Shown: in pieces, positions 10,868 to 19,800 of the stretch
Layout: each line of letters starts with the position of its first letter
Numbering within the stretch: the stretch's first letter is position 1
Source of the DNA: an uncultured Algoriphagus sp.
GTDB taxonomy: Bacteria; Bacteroidota; Bacteroidia; Cytophagales; Cyclobacteriaceae
DNA: 64,000 nucleotides
Direction of reading: 5' to 3'
Assembly (NCBI GenBank): GCA_965659625.1
Contig: CBFHWO010000006.1
Location: forward strand, 24,587-88,586
The notes under the pieces: model-generated
Database searches by the model: none
What the model was told of the DNA's origin: nothing
The model's input: only the letters and a program-made list of their open reading frames with translations
Program-made: the position numbers and the translations under genes

Positions 10868-11622
10868 AAAAGATAAAAATCAAAAAGACGCTTGTTTTTC
10901 TGGTGCTATGCATAGTCTTAGTAGGCTTTATTGGATTTGTTGAAAAGCAAACCCTATACAAAACTTATCAGGGTTCCGAAATTGATATAAAAGGAGTTAG
11001 CGGTCTTTATTTCGTCGAAGAAAAAGAAGTTCAAGAGATCTTGAAAGCTGCATTCCCTGAGTTGAAAGCAGGTTTGATGCTGGAGGAAGTGAGGCTAAAA
11101 GCAATAGAACAAAGGCTCAGCGGACATCCATTTATCAAGTCAGTGGAAGCCTCTTTGGGACAAAAAGGAATTTTGAATTTGAAAATCGAGCAACATCAGC
11201 CAATTGCAAGGATAGCTCGCTCTTATGCTGCAGATGGTTATATCACAGTGGAAGGAAAAGTAATTCCAACTTCACCTTCTTATACCAGCCGTGTGTTGAT
11301 TTTGCAAGGCAAAGAAGCAGAGAGTCTAATGGAAACAGGAGATGTAAATGAGCAGATGCCAGAGTTGATGGATCTGATCAAATTCATTGTCAGTGATGAT
11401 TTCTGGGCAGCGCAGATTCCGGAACTGGAGGTAAACTCCAAAACAGATATTCGCATGATGCAACAGGTAGGAAAGCAGGTGATAGAATTTGGAGATGCGA
11501 AGGATATTGAAGAGAAGTTTAAAAAAATTGAGGTCTTCTATAAGGAGATTTTACCGCGAAAAGGCTGGAATGCCTACGAGCGGGTAAGTGTAAAGTTTAA
11601 AGATCAAATTGTTTGTGAATAA
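10864..11622 (+). CDS. ftsQ: Cell division protein FtsQ (POTRA-containing)
   Basis: It has a single N-terminal TM segment followed by a periplasmic domain. It occupies the conserved slot between murC and ftsA, with an ATGA overlap to murC. Confidence 0.8.
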   Translation: MKKIKIKKTLVFLVLCIVLVGFIGFVEKQTLYKTYQGSEIDIKGVSGLYFVEEKEVQEILKAAFPELKAGLMLEEVRLKAIEQRLSGHPFIKSVEASLGQKGILNLKIEQHQPIARIARSYAADGYITVEGKVIPTSPSYTSRVLILQGKEAESLMETGDVNEQMPELMDLIKFIVSDDFWAAQIPELEVNSKTDIRMMQQVGKQVIEFGDAKDIEEKFKKIEVFYKEILPRKGWNAYERVSVKFKDQIVCE

Positions 11623-11632
11623 TAGCTTGGGA

Positions 11633-12943
11633 ATGGAAAATGACAAACTAATTGTCGGATTGGATATTGGAACTACCAAAATCTGTGCGATCATAGGCCG
11701 AAAAAATGAATTTGGCAAACTCGAAGTACTCGGAATGGGGAAAGCCGTCTCGGACGGAGTCAACCGCGGGGTAGTAACGAATATTGACAAGACCGTACAT
11801 GCAATCCAAAAGGCTGTGGAAGATGCTTCCGAAATGGCCGATGTGGATATTGCAGAGGTAATTGTTGGTATCGCAGGACAACACATCCAAAGTAAAATTG
11901 TGCATGGTAGTATCATGCGAACTCCAACTGAGGATGAAATAACGGTAGAAGATGTCCGAAGACTTTCCAGTGATATGGAAAATATTGTCGTCCCTCCAGG
12001 AAATAGCATTATCCATGTGATGCCACAGGATTATACCGTCGATTACGAAGGGGGAATCAAAGATCCAGTCGGAATGTCAGGTACACGACTCGAGGCAGAT
12101 TTCCATATCATCACAGCACAGACAACAGCAATTAATAACATCAACCGATGCGTTCGCAGAGCCAACCTCACTTCCAAGCAGTTGATTCTAGAACCATTGG
12201 CAAGTTCGCTTTCTGTCTTAAGTGAAGAAGAAAAAGAAGCAGGTGTATGCCTTGTGGATATAGGCGGGGGAACAACGGATATTGCCATTTTCTATGAGAA
12301 TATTATTCGCCATACAGCAGTAATTCCTTTGGGAGGAAACATCATCACAACCGACATTAAAGAAGGTTGCATGGTGATGCAAAATCAAGCTGAATTGTTA
12401 AAAACCCGATTTGGAAAAGCCATTGCCAATGAGGCCAATCCTAATGAGATTGTTTCAATTCCGGGATTGAGAAATAGACCTCCAAAAGAGATTTCTATCC
12501 GAAATCTTGCTTCTATCATCGAAGCAAGAATGGAAGAAATTATAGAGATCGTCCAAAATGAAATCATGCAATCTGGACACTATAAGAAACTTGCCGGGGG
12601 CATAGTCTTGACAGGAGGCGGTTCTCAATTACAATGTATCAGTCAACTATTTGAATATATGACCGGCTTAGATACGCGAATCGGGTATCCTAATGAGCAT
12701 TTGGGTAAGTCAGTAGTCGAAGAAGTAAAATCCCCGATGTACGCTACCTCCGTGGGGTTGGTTTTGGCAGGCTTCAAATCACTTGATGAAAGAGAAGAAG
12801 GATATAAGAAGCGGATTGCAAACACAGGCCCAGTTCTAAGGCCAGAGAATAAAGAATTTATGTCAAAAGATATTTTCAAAAGCATCGGCGATAAGCTAAG
12901 AAGAATCATCACCGATGATATAGGAGACGATATTACCTACTAG
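11633..12943 (+). CDS. ftsA: Cell division protein FtsA
   Basis: It has the actin-like ATPase motifs VGLDIGTTKI and VDIGGGTTDIA and a C-terminal amphipathic tail. I chose the ATG at 11633 (MENDKLIVGLDIG) over the TTG at 11609, which overlaps ftsQ. Confidence 0.92.
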   Translation: MENDKLIVGLDIGTTKICAIIGRKNEFGKLEVLGMGKAVSDGVNRGVVTNIDKTVHAIQKAVEDASEMADVDIAEVIVGIAGQHIQSKIVHGSIMRTPTEDEITVEDVRRLSSDMENIVVPPGNSIIHVMPQDYTVDYEGGIKDPVGMSGTRLEADFHIITAQTTAINNINRCVRRANLTSKQLILEPLASSLSVLSEEEKEAGVCLVDIGGGTTDIAIFYENIIRHTAVIPLGGNIITTDIKEGCMVMQNQAELLKTRFGKAIANEANPNEIVSIPGLRNRPPKEISIRNLASIIEARMEEIIEIVQNEIMQSGHYKKLAGGIVLTGGGSQLQCISQLFEYMTGLDTRIGYPNEHLGKSVVEEVKSPMYATSVGLVLAGFKSLDEREEGYKKRIANTGPVLRPENKEFMSKDIFKSIGDKLRRIITDDIGDDITY

Positions 12944-13039
12944 GGCTTATGATTGAGTGGAGATAAATGGCTTTGCTGTTTATTTCCCTTCATTACCTTT
13001 TTCCATAACAACAGAAACTAATTCACCAAAACAATAAAT

Positions 13040-14704
13040 ATGTCAGATAATATGAAAGATTACAGATTTGATCTTCCAAAAAATCAGAAGTCGATTATCA
13101 AAGTGATTGGCGTAGGTGGGGGCGGTTCCAATGCCGTAAACCACATGTTCAGCCAAGGAATTAAAGATGTAGAGTTTGTCGTGGTCAACACCGATGCGCA
13201 GGCTTTAAAATCTAGTCCAGTTCCTTTGAGACTTCAGTTGGGAGCAAACCTTACAGAAGGTTTAGGCGCAGGAGCAAATCCTGAGCAAGGAAAAAATGCC
13301 GCTATTGAATCTCAGGATGAGATACGTGAGCTATTGGCAGATAATACCAAAATGGTATTTATTACTGCTGGTATGGGTGGTGGTACCGGAACAGGTGCAG
13401 CACCTATTATTGCAAAAATTGCAAAAGAGCTAAACATTTTAACGGTGGGTATTGTCACTGCTCCGTTTATGTTTGAGGGAAAAAAGAAAATGAATGTTGC
13501 TCAGCAAGGGATCGAATCACTTCGTGAAAATTGTGATACCGTGTTGGTAATATTGAATGACAAACTGAGAGAGATTTACGGTAATCTTGCTATCAGAACT
13601 GCTTTTGGAAAAGCCGATGATATTTTGACTACCGCTGCCAAATCTATTGCAGAGATCATTACGATTCATCAAGACGTTAACGTCGATTTTGAGGATGTGA
13701 AAACTGTCATGAAAGATGCGGGAGCAGCAGTGATGGGATCTTCTACTGAAGAAGGTGAAGGCAGGGCGATCCGTGCAGCTGGTGCAGCTATTTCATCTCC
13801 ATTACTCAACAATGTAGATATCAAAGGAGCGGAGAAAATCCTTCTTTCTATCATGTCTGGTGAAGACGAGGAGCTTTCAATGGATGAATTGAGTGAAATC
13901 ACTGAATACATTCAGGAGAAAGCGGGCGATAATGCTGAAGTTATTTTCGGTCAAGGAATTGATCCAGAATTGGGCAAAGCTATCCGGGTAACAGTAATTG
14001 CTACCGGTTTTGAAATGGATAGATTAGATGGCTTGAAAAGAGCAGAGATGAAAACTCCACTACCTACTCCTATTATTGCTCCTAGTGTGGTGGAAAAAGC
14101 TCCTGAGCCAGAAGCAGTAAAAACTGTCATTAATCTAGACTCTGGAAAAAGTGAAAAAGTAAAAGAAGAAGCCGTAGGAAATGGATCCACCTTTGTCTTT
14201 TCTTTTCCTAAAGCAGCTCCTTTGGCAGATAAGTCTGCAGAAGAAAAGCCAGAAGCTAAAGAACAAACTACCAAGGTAGAGCCAGAATTTAATTTCGAAA
14301 TTAAGCCTAAACAGGAAGAGAAATCAGAGTTTGAATTTGTTAAGCCTGAGGAAGAAAAGATCGTTCATGATCTTTATGAAGAAGAAGATGCTAGTGAGCC
14401 TCAGCCTAATAAGGAAGAATCTGAGCCTACAGCCCCGGTATTCGCTAATGATTACTATGAGCAAATGAAGCAAAAAGCAATTCAAAGGGCTCATGAGAGA
14501 TTTGAAAAGTTAAGAGGTAACCGTACGTTCAATCCTACACCAGAAGAATTGAAAGAGAAAATGGAAGTGCCTGCTTACCAACGTAAGAATGTGAAATTGA
14601 ATGAGCCTCAGCACAGTTCAGAAGAGAACATTAGTAAGTTCAATCTGAATGACGATAATGAGATTCTTGGAAATAATAGATTCTTGCATGATAATGTTGA
14701 CTAG
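13040..14704 (+). CDS. ftsZ: Cell division GTPase FtsZ with a long acidic/lysine-rich linker
   Basis: It carries the tubulin signature GGGTGTGAAP and the motifs GVGGGGSNAVN and NTDAQAL. About 200 aa of low-complexity E/K/P linker precede a conserved C-terminal peptide (NRFLHDNVD). Confidence 0.96.
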   Translation: MSDNMKDYRFDLPKNQKSIIKVIGVGGGGSNAVNHMFSQGIKDVEFVVVNTDAQALKSSPVPLRLQLGANLTEGLGAGANPEQGKNAAIESQDEIRELLADNTKMVFITAGMGGGTGTGAAPIIAKIAKELNILTVGIVTAPFMFEGKKKMNVAQQGIESLRENCDTVLVILNDKLREIYGNLAIRTAFGKADDILTTAAKSIAEIITIHQDVNVDFEDVKTVMKDAGAAVMGSSTEEGEGRAIRAAGAAISSPLLNNVDIKGAEKILLSIMSGEDEELSMDELSEITEYIQEKAGDNAEVIFGQGIDPELGKAIRVTVIATGFEMDRLDGLKRAEMKTPLPTPIIAPSVVEKAPEPEAVKTVINLDSGKSEKVKEEAVGNGSTFVFSFPKAAPLADKSAEEKPEAKEQTTKVEPEFNFEIKPKQEEKSEFEFVKPEEEKIVHDLYEEEDASEPQPNKEESEPTAPVFANDYYEQMKQKAIQRAHERFEKLRGNRTFNPTPEELKEKMEVPAYQRKNVKLNEPQHSSEENISKFNLNDDNEILGNNRFLHDNVD

Positions 14705-14707
14705 GTC

Positions 14708-15232
14708 TTAAAACTCTAGCAACATGTCTGCCTGGGTCTGCAATAAGTCCAAGTAAAGCCTGTTGGTGAGCAGGTTATCTGACATATTTTGCTCTATTTT
14801 AGCAAGTTTCGGCTTGAGAGCGAGGACATGCATTCCCAGATAATGGAATATATCGGTGAGGTGGCTCAAAGCGATGCCACCTCCCCCGATTCCAGAAGAG
14901 ATGCCCACTAGGGCACTTTTTTTGTTTCTAAAAGAATTGGGATAAGTCATTCCATCAATAAAAGTTTTTAAAATTCCAGGAAAGGATCCATTGTATTCCG
15001 GAACGATGAAAACAAATTTTTTCCCTGATTTCAACCTATCATGAAACGAGTTGTAATCTTCATTTTTACCATTGTTTTCATAAAGAGCAGTTCCAATAAA
15101 ATCGATGGGTAAGTTTTCCAATTCCAAAATTTCGGATTCAGCTCCTTTAGCTTCAAGAATGGATTGGTAAAGTTCAGCGATTGTTTTCGAAACTGAATTT
15201 TTTCGGTTGGTGCCAACAATAATTTTGATCAT
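14708..15232 (-). CDS. NADPH-dependent FMN reductase family protein
   Basis: The N-terminus MIKIIVGTNRKNSVSK and the motif IVPEYNGSFPG are typical of the NADPH-dependent FMN reductase fold. I preferred the ATG at 15232 over the TTG at 15250. Confidence 0.8.
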   Translation of the reverse strand: MIKIIVGTNRKNSVSKTIAELYQSILEAKGAESEILELENLPIDFIGTALYENNGKNEDYNSFHDRLKSGKKFVFIVPEYNGSFPGILKTFIDGMTYPNSFRNKKSALVGISSGIGGGGIALSHLTDIFHYLGMHVLALKPKLAKIEQNMSDNLLTNRLYLDLLQTQADMLLEF

Positions 15233-15327
15233 TCGAGATTCTTTTGCCAACTAATACAAGGTGTTGAGGGTAATAGTTCGAAAAAAGGCCAATTTTAATA
15301 TCTTTACTATACTTGATTTTTATTTCT

Positions 15328-16146
15328 ATGAATTACTCAGATCAAATCCAAGAAGCATTTCAATTCATCAGTACCCTTTATACAGATACCGTCAATATCG
15401 GAATTATTCTGGGAACGGGACTAAATAAGATAGTTGATCAAATCCATGTTGATATTGAGATTGATTATAGCGAAATACCTCATTTTCCATTGTCTACAGT
15501 TGAGAGTCATTCAGGAAAATTGATTTTTGGAACTATAGGTGATAAAAAAGTCGTGGCAATGAAAGGACGCTTTCACTATTATGAAGGGTATTCTATGAAA
15601 GAGGTTACATTTCCGGTGAGGGTGATGAAATTGTTGGGAGTGAAACATCTTTTAGTTTCCAATGCAAGTGGCGGGTTAAATCCTTCTCAGCATGTTGGCG
15701 AGGTGATGATTTTAACAGATCATATAGATTTGTTTCCAGAAAGCCCGTTGAGAGGTAAAAATTTAGATGAATTTGGCGTAAGGTTTCCGGATATGAGCGA
15801 AACATATTCTAAGAGACTGATTCAGCTAGCTGAGGAAATCGCTGTGGAACATAATTTCATGTTTCATACCGGTGTTTATGCAGGAGTTCAAGGACCAAGT
15901 TTGGAAACCCCTGCAGAATACAAATACCTGAGAATAATAGGTGCGGATGCTGTAGGGATGAGTACTGTCCCAGAAGTGATTGTAGCTAGACATATGGAGA
16001 TTGAAGTCTTTGGGATTTCAGCCATCACAGATTTGGGAATAGAAGGGAAAATCAAAAAAGTCACACTATCGGAGATTTTGAAGGCGGCAAAGATGGCAGA
16101 GCCAATCATGTCAAAAGTAATGTCTGAACTTGTGAAAAGGATGTGA
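15328..16146 (+). CDS. Purine nucleoside phosphorylase (PNP/MTAP trimeric family)
   Basis: It shows the motifs GRFHYYEGY, SNASGGLN, GPSLETPAE and GADAVGMSTVPE. I preferred the ATG at 15328 over the upstream TTG. Confidence 0.9.
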   Translation: MNYSDQIQEAFQFISTLYTDTVNIGIILGTGLNKIVDQIHVDIEIDYSEIPHFPLSTVESHSGKLIFGTIGDKKVVAMKGRFHYYEGYSMKEVTFPVRVMKLLGVKHLLVSNASGGLNPSQHVGEVMILTDHIDLFPESPLRGKNLDEFGVRFPDMSETYSKRLIQLAEEIAVEHNFMFHTGVYAGVQGPSLETPAEYKYLRIIGADAVGMSTVPEVIVARHMEIEVFGISAITDLGIEGKIKKVTLSEILKAAKMAEPIMSKVMSELVKRM

Positions 16147-16235
16147 TTTTTTTCGTTTTAATTATTTAGTGAACATCCTGAATATTAATGAGTTTAATAT
16201 TGGAAGCAGAAGCTGTTTTTGAAAAGCAATCTTAT

Positions 16236-18653
16236 ATGATTCGGACTATACGATTATGTTTTTTATTAATATTTCTAGGAGTAATTCCTTCCTATGGACA
16301 AAGTGATTCCCTCAGTTTTTTCTTTGGGAAAAATACTGTTGTTTTGGCTCCTTCTTACATACTTACAGGAAAAATAGTTGATAAGTCAAGCGGAGAACCC
16401 ATTGAGGGGGTTGGCCTTCACATCGATGGAACTTATTCGGGAATTAGTTCGGATCGATTCGGCACTTATCTCGCCAATCTGAAGCCTGGAGTTCATCGGG
16501 TTGCGTTTCGAAGCTTATCAAAAATCCCATTATTTACTCAGATCACCATTTATGAAAATGCTGTCCTCGATCTTCAAATGGAGGATAAAAGCTTTGAACT
16601 AGAAGGAGTCGTTGTTCTTTCTGATCAGCCCGACAGGAATGTGCGGGATCCAATAACAGGCATTGCAAAACTTACCACTCGAGAATTAAAAGCGATTCCG
16701 GCATTTTTGGGAGAGGCAGATATTTTCAAAGGACTTCAGTTGCTTCCAGGAGTGAGTTCTGTGGGAGAAGGTACTTCAGGGATAAACGTGAGGGGAGCAA
16801 AGACAGACCAAAATTTATTGCTTATGGATGAGGTGATGGTTCTGAGTTCCAATCATGCATTGGGGTTTTTATCCGCATTTAATACAGATGTCACAGAGAC
16901 TTTTACTTTATACAAAGGAAATTTACCAGCAAATTTTGGTGGGAGAGCTGGATCGGCCTTGAATATCCAAATGCGAGATGGGGATAAGGAAAATTGGGGA
17001 GGACAATTGGGGATTGGAACTTCCAACGGGAGGATTTTACTGGAGGGGCCATTGGCAAAAAATAAAGCCAGTTTGATTTTGGGAGCTCGGGTTTCCAACA
17101 CCAATTGGTTACTGAAACAGGCCAGGAATTTTGATATTAAAAATAGCAAATTGAATTTTTATGATGGCTATATCGGTCTTGCTTGGGAGCTTTCAAGAGG
17201 GCACAATCTTGAAGTTAATACCCTATTGACGAGTGATTATTTTAAGTTCTCTGAAGAGTTTGGGTATGATTGGATGAATCGTGTTAGTTCCGCAAATTAT
17301 AGAGGAGTCTTAAGTGAAAATCTCTCGATTCGTGCTGTGATAGCAGATGGAGATTTCAATAATTCATTTTTTGACCCTGTAGGAGCTGAAGCTGCCACTG
17401 TTACAAATGGAATGAGATATCAACAGGGCAAGGTTTCTTTAGTTTGGGCCAATGAAGCTATTTCATTCACGCTTGGTACCGAGGCTATCAACTATTCCAG
17501 TAAACCTGAGAAGATAAGTCCTTATGATGATTTTTCATCTATTCAACCATCTAAAGTAGGGAAGGAACAAGGATTGGAGGCTTCAGGGTTTGGCTCAATG
17601 GAATGGGATATAAATAAAAATATTGGAGTGGTAGCAGGTCTTAGATTTTCCACCTTTTCACAATTGGGTGCAGATACTGTATATCAATATCTTCCAAATG
17701 CTCCTATTACGGAAGAAAATATCATAGGAAATACTCCTGTTGGGAAAGGGGCAATCAAAACGTATTCCGGACTCGAACCTCGGGTTTCTATTAGGAGAAA
17801 TTTAGGAGAGCAAACTTCCATTAAAATGAGTTATGCCCGATTATTTCAATACATACAATCTGTCAGCAATACCTTCGGTCCTACTCCAATAGACCTTTGG
17901 CAGTTAAGCACTACTTACATTCCACCACAGAAAACAGATAATTTTTCGCTTGGCATTTTCCATAATTCAAAAGGGAATGTCTGGGAATATTCGGTAGATG
18001 CTTTTTACAGAATCACAGAAAATCAAGTGGAGTATAGAAATTTTGCTCAGATTTTTCAAAATCCTCATCTGGAAACAGAGTTGGTTTTTGGAGATGGAAA
18101 AGCCTATGGACTAGAATTTCTTGTCAAAAGAAATCTTGGCCAAGTAACCGGGTGGCTTGCTTACACCTATTCCCGATCTTTTTTCAGAACCTTGAGTGAT
18201 TTCCCTGAAGAGCAAATAAACAATGGGGATTGGTTTCCCTCCAATTTTGACAAGCCTCATGAAGTCAATTTCATCCTCAGTCGGAAAATGTATCCCAGAG
18301 GACTGTTCAATCTGAGCATAAATTATGCAACAGGCAGACCGATCTCTGCCGTAAATGCCTCCTACATTTTGGGAGGCCTGATCGTTCCAGAATACACGGG
18401 TAGGAATGAATACAGGGTTCCGGATTATTTCCGGGTGGATATTTCCTATACCGTAGAAAAAGTTTTTTCCAAAAAAGGAGATAGCCTCAATTTCAGTATC
18501 TATAATCTACTTGGAAGAAGAAATGCCTATTCGGTTTTTTGGCAAAAAGATGGCGATTCGCAACAATTGAGACCTTATCGATTAGCTATTTTGGGAGCTA
18601 TTTTTCCATCTATCACCTATAGTATTAAATTTGGAGGGGCTGCAAATGAATAG
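16236..18653 (+). CDS. TonB-dependent outer-membrane receptor with an N-terminal carboxypeptidase-regulatory-like domain
   Basis: A signal peptide starts at M17 (MIRTIRLCFLLIFLGVIPSYGQ). A CarbopepD_reg-like segment (GKIVDKSSGEPIEGV) and a plug region follow. The C-terminal half is rich in beta-strands and ends aromatic-rich. Confidence 0.82.
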   Translation: MIRTIRLCFLLIFLGVIPSYGQSDSLSFFFGKNTVVLAPSYILTGKIVDKSSGEPIEGVGLHIDGTYSGISSDRFGTYLANLKPGVHRVAFRSLSKIPLFTQITIYENAVLDLQMEDKSFELEGVVVLSDQPDRNVRDPITGIAKLTTRELKAIPAFLGEADIFKGLQLLPGVSSVGEGTSGINVRGAKTDQNLLLMDEVMVLSSNHALGFLSAFNTDVTETFTLYKGNLPANFGGRAGSALNIQMRDGDKENWGGQLGIGTSNGRILLEGPLAKNKASLILGARVSNTNWLLKQARNFDIKNSKLNFYDGYIGLAWELSRGHNLEVNTLLTSDYFKFSEEFGYDWMNRVSSANYRGVLSENLSIRAVIADGDFNNSFFDPVGAEAATVTNGMRYQQGKVSLVWANEAISFTLGTEAINYSSKPEKISPYDDFSSIQPSKVGKEQGLEASGFGSMEWDINKNIGVVAGLRFSTFSQLGADTVYQYLPNAPITEENIIGNTPVGKGAIKTYSGLEPRVSIRRNLGEQTSIKMSYARLFQYIQSVSNTFGPTPIDLWQLSTTYIPPQKTDNFSLGIFHNSKGNVWEYSVDAFYRITENQVEYRNFAQIFQNPHLETELVFGDGKAYGLEFLVKRNLGQVTGWLAYTYSRSFFRTLSDFPEEQINNGDWFPSNFDKPHEVNFILSRKMYPRGLFNLSINYATGRPISAVNASYILGGLIVPEYTGRNEYRVPDYFRVDISYTVEKVFSKKGDSLNFSIYNLLGRRNAYSVFWQKDGDSQQLRPYRLAILGAIFPSITYSIKFGGAANE

Positions 18654-19752
18654 ATTGACTAAGATACTATTGATTCCAGCTTTTGCGCTGATATTCTTCA
18701 CTTCTTGTGTTGAGCAGATTGATTTTCCATTAAATCTAGGAGTAGAGAAACTCATTGTCTCAGGTCAGGTAACTAACCTTAATGAACCTCAACTGGTATT
18801 TTTATCCGAAACTACTTCAGCAGATAGGGAGCCATTGCTTTCAGGAAATTACTTTACCATCAATGATTTGCCAAGACCGGTTTCCGGAGCATCAGTTAAG
18901 CTCATCGTGAATTATCCGGGATCTAGTTCGAATGTCTTATATACCGAAACCAAGAATGGGCAATATGAGATGAATACAGGTTTGAATTTAGAAGAGGCGA
19001 CGGAAATTTATCTTGAAATTGAAGTTCAGGGAAGGACCTATCGGACAAAACCACAATCGATGCCTGAAGTCATTGGGACTGACGAACTCTCGTATTCATT
19101 CACAAGAGGGATTATTGAGGATCAACCAGAGACAGCCTTCATTTCTATAGAGACCACAGTAACGTTACCGCAAGAATCAGGGGGTTATTACTTAAGGTGG
19201 GATGTAGATGAAGCCTATTATTGGAATTTGACTTTTTTTCCAAACCCTTTCAATAGAGCTCCACCAGATTGCTATGTTTTTGATTATCCTGATCCAGGTC
19301 GAATAACCTTGGTCAATGGAGATTTACTCAACAATCCAGGAGGAGAAACTAAGCAAATTGTTGCTCAAAGGATAGTTGATGAATCTTTTTTAAGTCGACA
19401 TTATTTCAATGTAAGGCAAGTAAGCACTGATAAGGAATCCTTCGAGTATTGGCGAAAAATCAAGGAGTTGGTGAATAATACCGGATCGGTATTTGATACT
19501 CCACCTGCTCCGGTTTTTGGAAATGTGTATAACATCAATGACAGTGAAGAGGTAGTGCTGGGATATTTTGAAGTTGCCAAAGTAAATCTGACCAGGATCT
19601 ATACTACCCGTGCTGATGTTCCATTCTTCAATCCAGAAGTTTGTACTTATTCTCCAGAAAAATCATTGGATGATTATCCCAGGACATGTCTGAGATGCAG
19701 TGAGTTTAAAAATAGCAGTAATGACACTCCACCTTGGTGGTTTGACCAATAA
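18646..19752 (+). CDS. Lipoprotein, probably DUF4249-type, partner of the preceding TonB-dependent receptor
   Basis: It has a lipobox (IFFTSC) and overlaps the receptor stop by 8 nt. This gene order is recurrent in Bacteroidota. The family call is from memory and is unverified. Confidence 0.6.
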   Translation: MNRLTKILLIPAFALIFFTSCVEQIDFPLNLGVEKLIVSGQVTNLNEPQLVFLSETTSADREPLLSGNYFTINDLPRPVSGASVKLIVNYPGSSSNVLYTETKNGQYEMNTGLNLEEATEIYLEIEVQGRTYRTKPQSMPEVIGTDELSYSFTRGIIEDQPETAFISIETTVTLPQESGGYYLRWDVDEAYYWNLTFFPNPFNRAPPDCYVFDYPDPGRITLVNGDLLNNPGGETKQIVAQRIVDESFLSRHYFNVRQVSTDKESFEYWRKIKELVNNTGSVFDTPPAPVFGNVYNINDSEEVVLGYFEVAKVNLTRIYTTRADVPFFNPEVCTYSPEKSLDDYPRTCLRCSEFKNSSNDTPPWWFDQ

Positions 19753-19790
19753 AAAAGGCCTCGATTATTTTTACAATCGAGGCCTTTTAT
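19751..19790. terminator. Bidirectional rho-independent terminator between convergent genes
   Basis: A 10-bp perfect stem pairs GGCCTCGATT (19757-19766) with AATCGAGGCC (19775-19784). An A-run flanks it on one side and a T-run on the other. Confidence 0.85.
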
Positions 19791-19800
19791 TTGGATTGAA

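Noticed and set aside
16188-16235. N-terminal extensions in the ORF track for the TonB receptor. Similar extensions occur at 38572-38637, 43355-43486, 45173-45211, 57033-57089, 15233-15250 and 15313-15327.
   Set aside because: In each case an internal Met directly precedes a signal peptide, TAT motif or conserved N-terminus. Choosing it removes overlaps with neighbouring genes or restores a promoter gap.
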